64,000 nt of DNA from Microbotryum violaceum (taxonomy: Eukaryota). The number at the start of each line of letters is the position of its first letter. Position 1 is the first letter of the stretch. The stretch spans positions 1,674,001 to 1,738,000 of the forward strand of contig CDLV01000006.1 in the NCBI GenBank assembly GCA_001244265.2. The letters run 5' to 3'. The notes below the pieces were generated by a model that saw only the letters and a list, made by a program, of their open reading frames with translations, was not told the origin of the DNA and made no database searches. Positions 11,705 through 26,200 of this stretch are shown here, in pieces. The position numbers and the translations under genes were made by a program.

Positions 11705-14625
11705 TCACTCGACAATTGACTGCATGAAGCTTTCGCTCATGGCGGTGAGACCCCAAAGTGTGGCGACGACACCAACACCAAAACCCACGGAGACATCGCG
11801 GAAGCTGACACGACGTCGTTTCGGTGCCGGTGTGTAAACGTTTGAGGTGGACACGGAAGACTGTAGAGGGGCTTGCTCCAGGTTGTTGATGGCTTCGCAT
11901 TTGTTGTCGTCGGACAAGGTCGAAGGACGAAGGTTTTGTCCTTCTTCATCGCGTAGGACCGTCTCGTCGGAAGCCTCCATATCGGAGAAGGTTCGTTTGT
12001 TGCTCGGAGTCTGCTGAATGACTTCGATGTCCGTACTGCACTTCTTCGTGAACTGGAGACTTGCCGAGTGTACTGAGGTCCCTGAATGTAATTCACGTCA
12101 GCGTTTCGAGTCATAGGTCTGCAAAAGACTGCGCGGCAGAGAACTCGCCTTCAAGCTCCTGAGCGTAACGCTCGTGGACTTTGAAAGGCTTGTGCGTAGC
12201 GGCCTTTTCGAGCGTTACAATGCCTTCAAAGAGCTTTGTAGGAGTGTCGGAATACTTCGGTCTTCCCATGCCGCAGTGTTGCCCATCAATGTCGGAAGAC
12301 GGATCCATGTCCTCTTCGATCGGGTCTGAATCCAAGGCTAACTCCTCGTCACCCTCAATGAAAAGGTCAATTTCGTCCAAGTCCGGGTCGAAATCACCGT
12401 GGGACTTGAATTTGGGAGAGAGGGCTGGCAGCGGGGCAGGGAGATCCAGACTCTCGCTTCTTGCACGCTCCGTCACTTGCATTCCCGTCGACGCAACACC
12501 TACGAAACGAGGAGCTTTGTAGGGTGCAACAACCTCAGAGGAAGGAGCCGTGACCGTCGCCGTGTGCGTGCGCATCGGACTCATTTCCTCGAACTCATCC
12601 ATCGCAAACTTGGTGTCGCCCTCCGCAGTCGTGGGCTCGAGGGAGGGGGTGGTGTGCTCTGAACCGCCGATGCCGGCGCTACTCGTGCTCGGTTCAGAGA
12701 GCTCTTCGATCCCGGGTTGAGCGAGCTTTTCCTGGGTCTCGGCCTCCAAAGGACAGTCAAGGGCTCTAAGGGAGGCCCGGAGAGTCTTGGTGTGGGGAAT
12801 ACCGGAGGACAGCGCGTAGCCGTCTTCGCCCTCCTCTTCATGTTGGCTTGCGAGATCACTCTCGTGATCGGAAGAGGACATAGAAGCGAATGATGAGATG
12901 GAAGATTTTCGGTGTGCTTGATCAACCGATTCCTCAGCGTCGTCCGCAGCACTTGAGCCAGGCTGGGTGTGGATCTTGGGCGGGCTCGAGGGCTTGAGTA
13001 CCGACGAGGACGGTGACGTAGTAGCGCCGCGACTCGAGTATGAGAAAGGGGAACCTTTGACCTCTTCGTCTTTGCCTACTTCGTCTCCTTCTTCGTCGCT
13101 ACTGAAAATAACACGTCTGCGTTCATGAGTACGGTTTGAAACAGACTTGCTCCTCTGAATGGGCCTGGGAACCTGATGACTCGAAATCTCTTCGCAATCC
13201 GAGTTGTACACGCTCGAGCGATCGGACGCGTGTGAGTCGTCATTTGAAGAGTACCCATCGAATCCCGAGTTCGAAGCATCCTCATCCGATTCTTCTTCGT
13301 CGCTATGGCTCTCACACATACTGGCGTCCTCGTTGGAGTCGTAAAGGTGCGAGAGATCGTTATCACCGCTCTCCTCGTTGTACGAACCACAGTGCTCGAT
13401 AAGGGAGACAAGACTGTGCTTGGGGCGATCGTCCGCTCGCTCGTTCGTGGTTTGATCAAGGGACACGACTATGTCAAGCGTTTTCTTGACCGGCTCGGCG
13501 CGATCAAATTCATTGCTCTGCTGCAGGCCAGACGCCTGAGAGCCCCTGTCGGCGATGTCCGATCGCGGAACATCCGACGTCGCGGACTCTCGATCGGATA
13601 CACTTTTCTCCTCGGTAAGGTCGATGGCGTCGGAGGACACTCCGAGCTTGGAGTCGGCCGCAGGGTTGGAAAAAAATGCCTTGTGGTCTACAGTGGTGTT
13701 CTCCTCATCGTGCAAAACGAGTTGTTCCTCCGTGAGGCCATAGCCCTTGCTGGGCGGCTGTCGACTTGGCTCGTTCGGGGTCTTCGGGGTGATCACCATG
13801 GTGTTATCATCTTCTCCGACCTCGGACTCATGTCGGTCGGACTCAGTGTCGCTGTCTTCCTGGACAGAGCACTGCTTCTGACCAGGATCGAGTTTGGCTT
13901 GAGTGGGTGACGGGGAGTGAGCGGTGGTGCTGCGTCCATCGGGAACCGAGGCTGTTACACAGTCACCTGCACCGATCTCCGACCCGATGATCTTGACTCT
14001 GAGGGTGAGGGGACGATGAGCCTCTACACATAGATGAGGGTTTGAGTTAAGAAGAATGCCAGAGTTAGGTCGTAGCTTTAAGATAACGAGGGAGGGGTAC
14101 TTGAAAAGACAGCGGTCAGAGCTCACTCTTGTCACGATCGCCGACGAGGTGCTTGCCAAACGTCAACATGTCACCATCTTGGATCTGGCGTTGTAGATCG
14201 CACGGGATTGTATGAGTAATCATCGCCCCCAACGTGGTTTAGGATCAGCTGCTGCTCACTCTGTAGAGACTCTGAGGCACGAGTTTGGTGATCGCCGACT
14301 GTCCGCGCCTTCGAAGATCCGTGCCATTCGTGGATCCGAGGTCCATGATCTCGACCACAGGACTGCAGAGCTCATCTCCAGATTTATCATCTCTGACCCT
14401 TTGCACCGTATCCCATTTGATCCTGGCATGTTTCGCACTCATGACCTGTGTGCCTTCGCGGCGGAACATGCCCGTGGAGAGGCCGAGCTCGCTGGCGTCG
14501 GCGCGATGACCTCCTCGACCGAGGTCGCGCCAGCCCCGCATGCCCGAGAAGCGCTTGATCAGCTGTTCCGATTCGGCGTCCCTCAGCTCCACCGTGATCA
14601 TGAACCGCTTGGGCGCGTTCTGCAT
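11705..14625 (-). CDS. FHA-domain protein with a long acidic/Ser-rich disordered middle and a C-terminal transmembrane anchor
   Basis: N-terminal FHA signature LGR...MSAKHA...DLGSTNGT...IQDGDMLTFG. Large exon in ORF 12111-14159. Last exon has KRRR followed by VSVGFGVGVVATLWGLTAM. A 5'-UTR intron is likely at ~14632-14916. Confidence 0.7.
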
Positions 14626-15742
14626 GGTGACTGTTGAGAGAAGCGGTAGATGAACGCAGTCAGTAATCTGAGACATGCCACTGGCGGATCACCACAGCAG
14701 TGGCACGCTGGAAGCAACGCTCGGATTCGGGACCGTTGGAAGCTGCCACTGAGCTTTCGGTGGCGGCGCGCTCGAAGCGCCTATCGAAATGTGGGGGTGA
14801 GATCGGTGAGACGCGGCGGCTCCGAACGACTCGACGCACGGGCAGCACACACACATGCCATGACTCGGAAGAGAAGGAGAAAGGTCCCCGAGCAAATAGT
14901 CTCACATTGAACTTACCGATCTAAGCGTGACTTGAGAGTGGATTGAGGCTGTAGTGGTCGTAGCGAGGCAGAGACTCCCGAGTGCAATCGCTTGCGACGA
15001 CGACTGGGGCGGGAGGTTCCACAACGAACGGCGTACCGACCGGTCGAGACCGAGGAATATCAACCGCGTTCGACTAGTTTTGACGAGGCACGTGGAAGAA
15101 GTGGATCGAGATTGAGGTGATAGACTTGAAACTGACCCCGGATTGGGGTTGAGTGGAGTGTGAGAGGGAGGGGAAAGGCAGAGAAGTCAGCGCACGATCA
15201 AGTCACGACAACCCGAGCTCGAGCTCTCGACCGGCTCGACCGGCTAGCTCGACCACCACAGGCGCACCGCCGACACTGCAGTCGGGGGCCGGTGGGTGTG
15301 ACTCGCTCTGTAGCGCGATGTAGACTTTACAATAGAGTGAAACCCGCTTCGTACCTTCATTGGGTACTTTTGAATGGTTCAGTTGACCTCAATAAGCGTT
15401 CATGATCCCACCGGCGGGCGCTCCCGTCTCAGCTTCAGCCCGCCATCAGGCCTTCCCTCGAATCGGAGCTTTGAGCTCGGGGCTACTGCGATCACCTGAC
15501 TGAGCACCACCGAGCTGGGTATGAAAATCTCCTCAGCCGACACGATACCAAACATGTTCGGACAATATGCCATCGCCTCAATCTTTGATTTCCAAGCATG
15601 TTGCAATATGCCCTTTGATCACTTTCAGTCACATGATCCAATTCTAGCACCATTCGATCGGGTCGACAGTAGAGCGCGAACCCCTTCAAGTTCCGAGGTT
15701 CTCTCAACGTAGCTTTCTCCAGCCCTCCACTGCATACCCTAA

Positions 15743-17364
15743 TCATCCCTCCAAAGTACCCATACCAGATTCTTGGTACCTCGTACCGACCGGCTCATGC
15801 TTCTCCGCAATCGTCCTCAATTCCTTGACTTCTTCATCCGTAAGCTCGATCTTGCGCGAGGCAAAGTTTTCGAGCAAGTACTTTTCGCTCTTGGTCTGTG
15901 GATGGGACGAATCATGATTGGCTCATTCATTTGAAAAGCGCAGAACTCAAGGACTGCTGGCTCCACAAGACTCACTCCGGGAATAGGGATGATGTTATCC
16001 CCTTGAGCGAGCAACCAAGCGAGCGCGAGCTGACCCTTGGTGCACCCCTTGCGCTGTGCAATCTTCTCAATTTCCTCGACGATTTTGTAGTTCTGCTCAA
16101 AGACCTCCTCTTGCAGGCGGGGCAAACTAGCACGCCAGTCCTCGTCGTTCTTGAAATCTGAGGCGGTCTTGTAACGTCCGGTCAAGAAGCCTGTAGAAAA
16201 GGGGTCATGCATCGTCAGGACCTCGCCGGTCGAGGGGCTTTCATATTCCACTTCTTACCTCGGCCGAGGGGTGAGTAGGCGTTGACAAGAACACCAAGCT
16301 CTTTGCAAGCCTCCAGCACGCCGTTGCGTTCCATGTCGAGCGTCCAGAGCGAGTCTGCAAGATGGACGGCCAAATGAAGAATCTGATCAGCTCCACTCGC
16401 GAGAAAAGGCCGGTCATCTGCACTTGTCCTGCCAAGCTCACATTCGACCTCGATGAAATCAATCTTGGTGATCTTGCTGATCTTGCGGAGCGTGGCCGCC
16501 GAGCATTCGGATACGCCGAGGTACTTGAACTTGCCGGCTTTGCGAGCCTTGTCCATCGCTCGGATCGACTCTTCAATGTCGCTGTTCCGTTTCAGTGTGT
16601 AGGAGGGGGAAATGAGTACATTTCGGGAATAATGCAATATTGATAACCGAGAACAGGGTTGCACTCACGTCTGGGAATCCACTCGGTGCAGAAGGTACGC
16701 ATCCGGGGTGAAGCCGAGCCTCTTGATGCTCGCTTCGATCGCTTGTTCAAAGTACTCTGGGCTACCATCGACCTTGAATCCACCCGGGATGCTGCTCCCC
16801 CACCTCAAACCCCACTTGCTGACGAGGAAGACCTTTTTGCGCAACTCGGGGTCCGAGGCAAGGATGGACGAGATCAATTCTTCGTTCTTGCCGAAGCCGT
16901 AGCTGGAGTCGGCGCTCGAACCAAGGTCAGTGCCAGCTTCGAGAAGGCGACGATGACAGATATGATGAGTGAATGCTTACACATCCGCGGTGTTCCACAC
17001 TGTGCAGCCCTGTGAGAGATGGTCAATCGGATCAGCGCAGTGCATTCCGGCCACCCTCGAGCCCGGAGCCCGATCTCGAGAGTGAGGAGTAGGACATGTT
17101 GGGCCAAGGTCGATGGCGTAGGGACCTCACCGACTTGATAGCGGCACGAAGGGTGTGCTGAGCCTCCTCAAAGTTGGTCTTGCCGTAGAAAGCCGAGAGA
17201 CCTGGTGTTGAAGGGAAGGGAACAAGTGGTGGGGGCATTTGAGCGTGGCTCAACGTCACAACCTGGTGGTTGCTGTCCCCACTTTCGAAGCCTGACTAAC
17301 CCATAGCTCCGAAGCCGGGACGAGGCCAGGTCTGGCCATCAATGGTGAAAGTATCGTTGGGCAT
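15743..17364 (-). CDS. Aldo-keto reductase (AKR13/YakC-like), multi-exon
   Basis: PGFGAMG|LSAFYG, YGFGKNEELI, FLVSKWG, LLHRVD, YLGVSECS, AYSPLGRG, QLALAWLL, IPIPG motifs. Ends ...GTRYQESGMGTLEG*. Confidence 0.9.
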
Positions 17365-18398
17365 GTTGAGAGGTGGAAGGGTCGTGAGGTTGCTTCTGAA
17401 TGTGGTGTGGATGAAAGTAAGAGAGAGAGAGAGAGTGAAGGGGAAGCGCGCGCGGGTGGGGCTTGCCGTCACAAGTGGAGGTCCGGCAGGGGAGGCACGG
17501 GGAGAGGCCTGCGTAAGTGGAGGTATCCCCGAACTTTGGGGGAACTCTACGTTATGTGGCGCCCATTCATTGCGTCACATCCATCACCTAGGGTCAATAT
17601 TGCCTACTTGCATACTCTCTTCCAAAGCTCGAGCACGTGCTTAGCAAAACTTGTTACACCGCGTGGCCGATCAGCTTTAGCCTTTTTCTTTGTCGGCTGA
17701 CTGATCGCCGGCGATCGAGACGTCTTAACAGGTCCGAGCTCAACCTTCTGTGCTGCACGAGAGAGAGCATTCACAACCAAGGAGAGGAACTTCAATCAGT
17801 AGAGCCTGGAGGAATGCTAGGTGGACCTGGAATGTGAAATCCCCGTGCGCTGCTCAGTAAGTGGCCTTTCGAAATGTGACCCCTAAATCCTAATTCAGTC
17901 CGACCTCCGACTGGCTGATACCTACGCGACCAACGCCGCTGGTGGAGTCAGCGTTGTATGAAAGCTTCAGCGACCTCACCCAAGTTGTGAAAAGTGCCAA
18001 CACTAGTGTATCAACTCTTTCGGTCGGTGCGTCCGTTAAGAGCGAGGACGGGTCGGCAATTCCCGGATTAGGAATTACTATAGGTCGGCCGTATGCCGCG
18101 AGTTTACCAACTTTACCAATCGCTGATTCGGATTCGGTCTCGGTGGTGCGACGGCCGACTTGTGAGGCCCTGGCTCGCTTCATCCGTACCTCGTCCCTTT
18201 TGTGCCCGGAACAACTCGCTACCTTCGTACTACAACTCGGATCGGCTGATCATATCTGCAGCCGAGAGATTCCCGACAGCACACCTGCATACGAATTAGG
18301 ACCTTACCCCTGACCTACGTTCTCGCCACCAACACTTTGACTGGACTCGACTCCCCAACCCACACCTGACGCCCCACCCCACCCCACCCCACCCAGCC

Positions 18399-19786
18399 AT
18401 GGCACCCATCGGATTCGACATGTCGGATGACCTCGACGATTCGACCGGATCCAACCCGGCCACCAGCAACGGTGCGGCTGCTGCCTCGCCAGCGTCGATC
18501 CTGGTGCTTTCGTGCCAACAGGCCGCAGGCGACGGGTCTTACCAATCACTGGTGCAGTCGCTGATCCGACTCGGCCAGGGCCAGGTCGAGATGCACATGT
18601 TTGACCGTATTGTCGAAGGAGGCGAGTGATCTGGATTGCACTGGTCTGGGAGCGGTTTGAGTTTTGGATCTTCGCCAATAGATGACTGTTGTCATTCTGG
18701 GTCTGGGCCGGGGTGCTCCGTCGTCGTCGCGGCTCGTCCGCTCGTGACTTCGCTGCTGCCGGTTGCCGGCCGGTTGGCGCGCGCGGGGCAACCAGATCAA
18801 ATTCAAATCAAATCATATCAAATCAAATCAGATTGCGCACGATTGGCTTCATCCCGGGCGCGCCTTCATCGCAGCATTCCTCCTAAAGCGGTATGTAGTG
18901 CTGACAGGTGCTCCTGGTTTCTTCCTACAGCCACAGTTCTCACACCAGCGCAATACCAGCACATTTCGATCCTCCTCCCTGCGACGCTCATCACCCCTTC
19001 CCTACTAGGCTTGATCGAACCTTCGCTCGCACCGGGCGGAGTACTCCAAGTCCACGGTCAGGAAGCCGCCTCGTCCGAATCGGTCGTCAACGATCTCAAG
19101 GCGGTTCCCGTTTTCGCTGGTAACGTCGCGACCGACCAAAAGGATCCGACCGTGTTGTTGTGCTCCAAGCCGATAGCCCCCTTGTCGGACCCCTCCTCGA
19201 CATCCGCACCCGCGGCTAAATCCTCCGATGCCCCCTCCTCCACCTCGGCACCTGCTTCGGTTGCTCTCCCCCTTCGATCTTCCCGAGCCGCCAAAGCTGC
19301 TAAAGCCTCCCTCTGGGCCTTCACATCCTCCAACGGAGCCGCGACACCGACCATTGACGAGTCTACCCTGTTGACGCCCGAGGACCTCGAACGCCCTTCT
19401 TTGGTCGAGCGCGAGGATTGCAACGTCAAGAAGACGCGCAAGGCATGCAAGAACTGTTCGTGTGGGTTGAGGGAATTGTTGTTGCAGGAGAAGGACGATT
19501 TGGGTGCGGCTGGCTTCGCGGAAAGGACGACGGGGGTGAATGGGGCTGCTCCGGGGGTCGGAACTATGGGCGCGAATGTGACGAGTTCGTGTGGTAGTTG
19601 TTACCTCGGGGATGCGTTCCGATGCGCCAGCTGTCCTTATTTGGGTGAGTAGCTGTGCGCGGGTTATCTCCACGTACAGGATGGCCTTGCTGATTGTCTT
19701 TTCGCCGCATTCTCACAGGCATGCCCGCATTCGAGCCAGGACAAAAGGTCGCGATCGGCGGTCATGATGACAAGCCCATCGCTTAA
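18399..19786 (+). CDS. DRE2: Fe-S cluster assembly protein Dre2 / anamorsin
   Basis: CIAPIN1 motifs CX8CX2CXC ([15 protein letters not shown]) and CX2CX7CX2C ([15 protein letters not shown]), then [14 protein letters not shown]. Two introns. Confidence 0.95.
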
Positions 19787-20249
19787 TTCCGTAACCCTTG
19801 GCGTCGGTGATCGATGCTGTACTGGCTCAATAACCTTTCGTTACCTGGTTGCAAGTTGTAGGTTAGTCTAGCCTTTGGCAAAAGTTTTCAATCCGTATAC
19901 ACATCAAACACACTTGCCTGGGACCCGAAACAGAGTAAGGGCACACTGCGAAGGAACTGCGATTGCATACTTGTAACAGTGGGGCACAATTATACAGAAA
20001 TGCGAAGGGGAAGAAGAAGAACAGAGAAGAAATACTGCAATACTGAAGACGGGAAGACGGCACAAGAAGAAAAAGAGGAAAGGGGATTAAAGAACGAACA
20101 TCCGAATACCCTTAGTGAAGAACCCCACGAGGAGAGAAACAAAAGAGGCATACATGTAGTGTGCGACGGGTGGTGAATGTGGGGACGACGCATACTGATG
20201 GATGGCGAAGTCGATATGAATATGGGTAGGTCTCGTAGAAGGGGCACAC

Positions 20250-23200
20250 TCAGCCACTGCCCCTTCGTTCGTCCGAGGGTGGATTGAGCAAGTTGCCACT
20301 CGAGCGACGGCGATCGCTCATGCCCGCAACCGAGCCGGCCGTGACCGATTCGCGACGAGACGACGATGGGTCGTTGACCGAGCCGCGACGATATTCGTTG
20401 CCAAAAACCGAGTTGCTCAACCCTCGTCGGGTCGGCTTCTCCTCAAGCCTAAAGCCGAGTCGAGAGAAGATGCGTAGCAAGTCGGCCTTCAACTGTAGCA
20501 GAGAGAAGCGCGAGCGAATGGTCAAATATAAGCGTGGAGTCAATTGGCCCGATGATCTGCGACTTACAATTGGCTTCGGCAAGACACCGCTGAACAAGGT
20601 CCCAGCTTGATTGTCGACGGCGCCAGCGTGCGAGCATACCGCAATCGTGGGCGTGTTCTGCGACGGGTTATTGGTCGACTTGATCATTCGAGCCGCCGTC
20701 TCGCCGTCAACGACGGGCATTTGAATGTCGAGGAAAATGAGGTCGAACTTGACGCCTTGTGCGGCTAGGATGGCGTCGCCGCCGTTGTAGACAACGACAC
20801 AGCGACAGCCGAGGCGGATGAGCATCGTCTCGAGCACCTTGGTGACGATAGGGTTGCGACCAGCGACGAGGCAATCGATCGTGTTGGCACGAGAACTGCT
20901 CGAAGGTACGGGCGTGGCGGGGATTGGTGCAGCAGCGATCGGAGCAGTGGGGACCGGCGCCGAGGTCGACTCCTGAATAGCGCGGGTAGGAGCGGGCGGC
21001 GAGAGCATCGAATACGCGTTGGCGTTCGTAGTGGCATTAGCGCTCGTGTCTGGCACCTCTTCCTCCAGCGACGGAGGCGACGCGCTTTCTTGCGTGTCCT
21101 CGAGCAACGATTTGCTCGAACTCGCCGTCTGGGCCGAAGTGCGTCGACGTTCATTGGGCAGCGAATGCTCCGAGGGCAAACATCGACCTGAATCGCTGAT
21201 CGATGTGCGACGCAAGCGTGACGGCAACGAGTTCCGTCTCGAATGGCCTGAAGTCCCACCAGGTCCAACCGTCGGGATGCTGGCTTGACGAGTCTTGAGC
21301 CGGTCGATCGCTGTGGGAGGCGCACCCGTGGGAGGGACCTCCGACGCTCGGCGCGAGTGCGAGGACTGAAGACTATAAGGTGACGACGGTGCGGTCTGGC
21401 GCGAGGGCACAGAGCTACTCGATGATGCCGAGGGAGACGACGGGGATGAGGGTCCCCGGAAGTCGACGCTCGTCGTACGGCTTCGGCTCGTCTTGCCTCC
21501 TGCTAAAGCGAGCGGGCGGTTATGCATGATCGGCGATTCGAGCGGTGAGAGCGTAGGCGGGAGGAGCTGTTCGTCGCGCATCTTCTTGATCACGTCGTCG
21601 TTCGCTTGCTTGAGCACGGTCAAGTTGCGGAAGTTGAATGTGCCAAAATCGTCGTGCGGCGAAGGCTCGGTCTCGGAACGTTCCCGCGCGAGGCGTCTCG
21701 AGGTCGAGGTGGAGTTGGAGCCGATTGACCTTGCGCCAGAGGACGAGACTGAGTTCTTGATGTCGGAGAGGTTAGTAGCAACGGTCGGCTGCGCACCAGG
21801 GAGCATGGGATCCTTGAATGTGCTCGTCGAACTCGTGGCTGCGACCGTCTTGACTTCATCAGGCTGAGTGTCTTCGTCGGTAAAAGCTTGCTCGGTCGCA
21901 CCTCGAGGATCGAAATAGTCCGTGTTCTCCGGGTCCGTCACATTGGGGACGAACTTGACTTCCCCTTGGAGTAGGTTGGCCCAGTCAATACCCTCGAGCC
22001 ACGGGTGCGCCTTAACTTCTGCAGCACCACCCCTTCCGAGGCGGCAGCTCGGGTCCGTACTTAGCAGGCGCTCCATAAAGTCCCGGGCTTCGGGGGAGTA
22101 CTCGACGAGGTCCTCGTGCCATTCGATCCGGTGCGAGAGAATGTTTTCGAAGACCTTCTCCGGCGTCTCGTCGTGAAACGGAGGTACCCCGTACAGGAAT
22201 CTGTGCATCGTACGCGAACAGACGCAGAGTTCAGCATACCAAGAACATCCAGCCAGTGTGCGAAAGAAGAAACTCACTCGTAGCAGATGACACCAAGTGC
22301 CCACCAATCGACACATGCATCGGTACCGACACCCAGAATACTCTCGGGAGCCAAATAATCCGGCGTACCCACGAACTTTTGCGGTGGTTCGACAAGAGCT
22401 TCCTGCCTAGAGGTAGTGAGGGGATCGACGTACGGGTTGGCGGCTGTCTGCGCGGGAGCTTTGTTGGACGCCTGATCGCCACTGCCCGACGAGCGTTCAC
22501 TTGCCGGCGTGTCGAGCGAGAACGAGTCCGTGATGGCCACGCTTCCAAAGTACGAGGCCGGCGACTGTCCGAGCGCATTTGCCGGGGTCGAAGACGGCGA
22601 CGACGACTGTGAAAGCGCAGGATCCCGCGATAGCGAACGCAACGAGTCACGCCCGGGTTCAAAACCTCGTCCCCGAGCGGTCGGCATTTGCGTCTGACGA
22701 CCGAGCAGACCGATTCGGCTCAGGCCAAAGTCGGTGAGCTTGAGATGGCCCTTGGAGTCGATCAGCAGGTTGTCTGGCTTGAGATCACGGTGGACGATCC
22801 CGGAGGCGTGCAGGTACTCAAGGCCGACGATGACCTCGGCAATGTAGCGCTTGGCCCAGTCTTCGGGCAGCTCGCCCAGATTCTTGACCAGCGCGCCACA
22901 GTCGCCACCGTTCAGGTACTCCATCACGAGGTACAAGTAGTCCTTGCTTTGAAACGTGTAGTAGAGCTTGACAACGAAATCGGACTCGGTCTGCGTCATC
23001 AGGATCATGCGTTCGGCCTTGACGTTGGTAACTTGATTCTTAGCAACCATGTCGGACTTCTTCAACGTTTTGATGGCGTAGTAGTCGCCCGTCGTAATCT
23101 TTTGCGCGAGGTAAACCGATCCGACTGAATGAAAGAATGAATCAGCGGACGGTCACACAGATCAAGATGGCCGGAGACCATACTCACAGGCACCCTTGGA

Positions 23201-26200
23201 GATCGGCTTGAGGATTTTGAAATCCTTGATCGAAGACGCCTTGGTTCGCGACGAAGGGACACCCGACGGGATGCGAGGTGACAAGACCGATGATCCAAGT
23301 GGCGAGCCTATTCCGCCGAGCGAGTCTTGAGGCGACAGCAGGGGAGATGTCAAGCCATAGAGCGAACTGTGACGACGGACCCTATCCTTCTCGGGGATAT
23401 CGAGCGCCTCGACGGCGTCGTTCGAGGGGAAAGGTTGCAGTGCCGGCGAGCCAAAGGGAGAAGAACGAGCCTCCTCCTTGGCCGCGGCGAGAGCTTCATG
23501 GGCTCGCGCTTCCCACTCCTGTCGTACCTTCTCCGCATACAAGATCGTGTTGCGGAGACGATTGACCGTATTGAGCTTGAAGCGGATTTGCTCTTCGGCG
23601 TCTTGAACGAGTCGAACCAGCGCTGCTTCATCGGCGACCGGTCGTTGCCATCGCATAACCGCTGCCAAATTGCTCTCAGACTATAAAGGTATGGACGGAG
23701 GAAAGGAATTCAGTGTCAGTGAATGCTCGACCAAGCGTCTCCGAGCAGCGTCCCAAGATCACTTACGTTCGGGCTGAGAAGTCGTTGATCTTGGATCGGA
23801 ATGTCTCCCGTCTCGTCGAGCACGGACGGGGTCGAGATCGAGAGTGCGGTCTGTACAATGTCATAAATCTGGTCCAAGGTCTTGTGCTGCGCCTTCCTGA
23901 CTTGGAACGGACCAGGACGAGCACTCGCAGCTGCACCGAGCGGGGACTTGAGGCCTTCGAGATAGCTGGGGGGTGTATCATTTGCCGAGGACTGAAGCAG
24001 TGGAATTCCTCGATACTCGGCGACGTTCTCGAGGCTAGCTTCGTCGATTGCAGCGGCAACGTCGTCGATCGTGCGTGCGAGTTCCTTGAGTCGATCGTTG
24101 CAGTCCGTTATGTCACCTTCGAGTCGATGGGTCTCGTTACACGTCTCGTTGTGCTTCTCAAAGAACCAAATCGGCGTCGCTCGCTCGCAAATGCGGCAAA
24201 GCACCGTCTCGATCGCCAAGCGCGGGTTTGGCACCTGGTACGCGACGGGGTCGCTCGCGCTGCGGCGATGCTTCGTATCGAGACCGAATCGAGCAAGCGT
24301 CTCTCCGACGGGGTCGTCGGTCTGGTCGGCCAAGGGAGCGGGGCGAACGACCCACATCGTGTGCGAAGGCGAGCCCGTCATACCGTCGAGCATGAGCATG
24401 CCTTTGCCCTCCATGGCTTCGTACAAATCTTCCGGTGACTCTTCATCGTCCGAGGATTGCGATGACGAGCCCACTCGTAGTCGAAAGTTGACCTCGACGG
24501 TGTGCGAGTCGTCAGCTTCGAGTTGTCGAGTTGCTTCGGCAAAGACGGCGGCATCCTCGGGGAACACAAAGTCGGCGATTCCGAAATTGAGGCATTCAGC
24601 GGGTTCGAGACTGTATGGAGAAGATTCAAAGAGTGATATCAGAAGTGGGACGTCGACAAAACCCTGAATCTAATTCATTACTGACCCGACAAGTTCTTGC
24701 CAAGCAGACGAGAGATATTGGAAGAGCTGGTCATCGAGCGTCAACTCCATCAACAGCGTCGAGCTTCGGATCTGCTCCACTGTCTGACGAAGATCTTCGT
24801 GGTGTGCCTCGGCGGCATCCTCGCTCGTGGCATCAGCGTCGACATCGTCGAACTGCTGCTGCGTTGGCTCAGAGTCGTCCGGATTTGCGGACTGTTCACC
24901 GAGATCGATACCGAGAGGCAACCATCTCGGAGCGCACCCGATGATCCCTTCTGGCATGGTGTTGGCGGCAGCGAGGACGGCGCCTGCAGAGGACGAGCAG
25001 CTGTCTCCCCGTGCGCGAACCTCGGGTGACTCCTCAGCCGTCGGTTTCGTGACGAACAGGATAGGCTCGGCATCGGCGTCGTCGCCCTCGCTGAACGACC
25101 AGAAGCCACGCTCTGCTTCCCACCACTCGATAACTCGACTGAGACCAGCGACGGCGAGCAGCAACTGGACGTACCACCCGCGACATGCAAGTTCTGGGTT
25201 ATCATCCCACGCCTTGCCGATCTGTTGCACGCGAGAGATGAAGTCGGAGCACGAGTGCGGATTCGATGTCAGCTTCGAGACGGGTGTATCCAGAATCTCG
25301 GTGGCGACGGTGATGATCTCTTGTAGCAGGACAATGAATGCTGGTTGAGCCACGCGGGAGTGTGCCGCGTTCGGCGTCGTCGAGGTTGCCGGTGAGCGCG
25401 ATCCATTCGAGGCGTTGCGCAGCTGCAAGGGCAGCGGCGAGTGCGAGCGCGAGTTGGATCGTGAACTATGGGCTGAGCCTGATCCCGACTTGGTAGCACC
25501 CTCGGCAAGCGAAAGCGACACGGCCGAAAGGTCCGCCGAGCGAGGTGCAGCCGTCAGATACCTCTTGCGAGGGGCAAGCGAAGCACGGCGAGGTGACTTG
25601 GCAGCCTGCGTCATTGAGGGTCGTCGAGGTTGCGGAGCGCCGGTCGAGAGCATTGGCGTGCGCATCCGCGATGTACGGGAGGACGGACGACTCGTCGCTC
25701 CGTCCGAGTCGGTGTTGGCAATATCGTCGCCATCATTGAGATCGATCGCCGCCTCGTTCTCCGAATCGATGTCGTAGGGTAGTCCGCCGGCGAACATGGC
25801 GTCCTCGTTGACGACGAGATCGCCGAAGCGGCCGTCCTCGTAAGCTGTCCCACCGATCATCGCGGTCGAGGGCGCCTCGTCGCTTCTATGCAACTCGGTC
25901 TCGACGTGTGCCGTGATACCTTGGATGATGCGACGGAGCTCCTTGTCGCAGTTTTCCTTAGCAGCCGAGAGGCGCGAGCGGATCGTATGGCGCACACTGT
26001 GCATTGAAAAGTTGGGCGTTTGCGACGTTGCAGCAGGTGGCTTGGGTCGCTTATCCTCGACAGCGGTGGGAAGCGGATCCGTGGGAGCAAGGAGGCCCCG
26101 AATGGGGAAGTGCGTCGACGTCGGGACCAGCGCCGGGGTCTGGTCCCAGTACATAGGTGAGAATGACACGCTCCCCGATTGAGTGTGGACCGTCGAAGAG

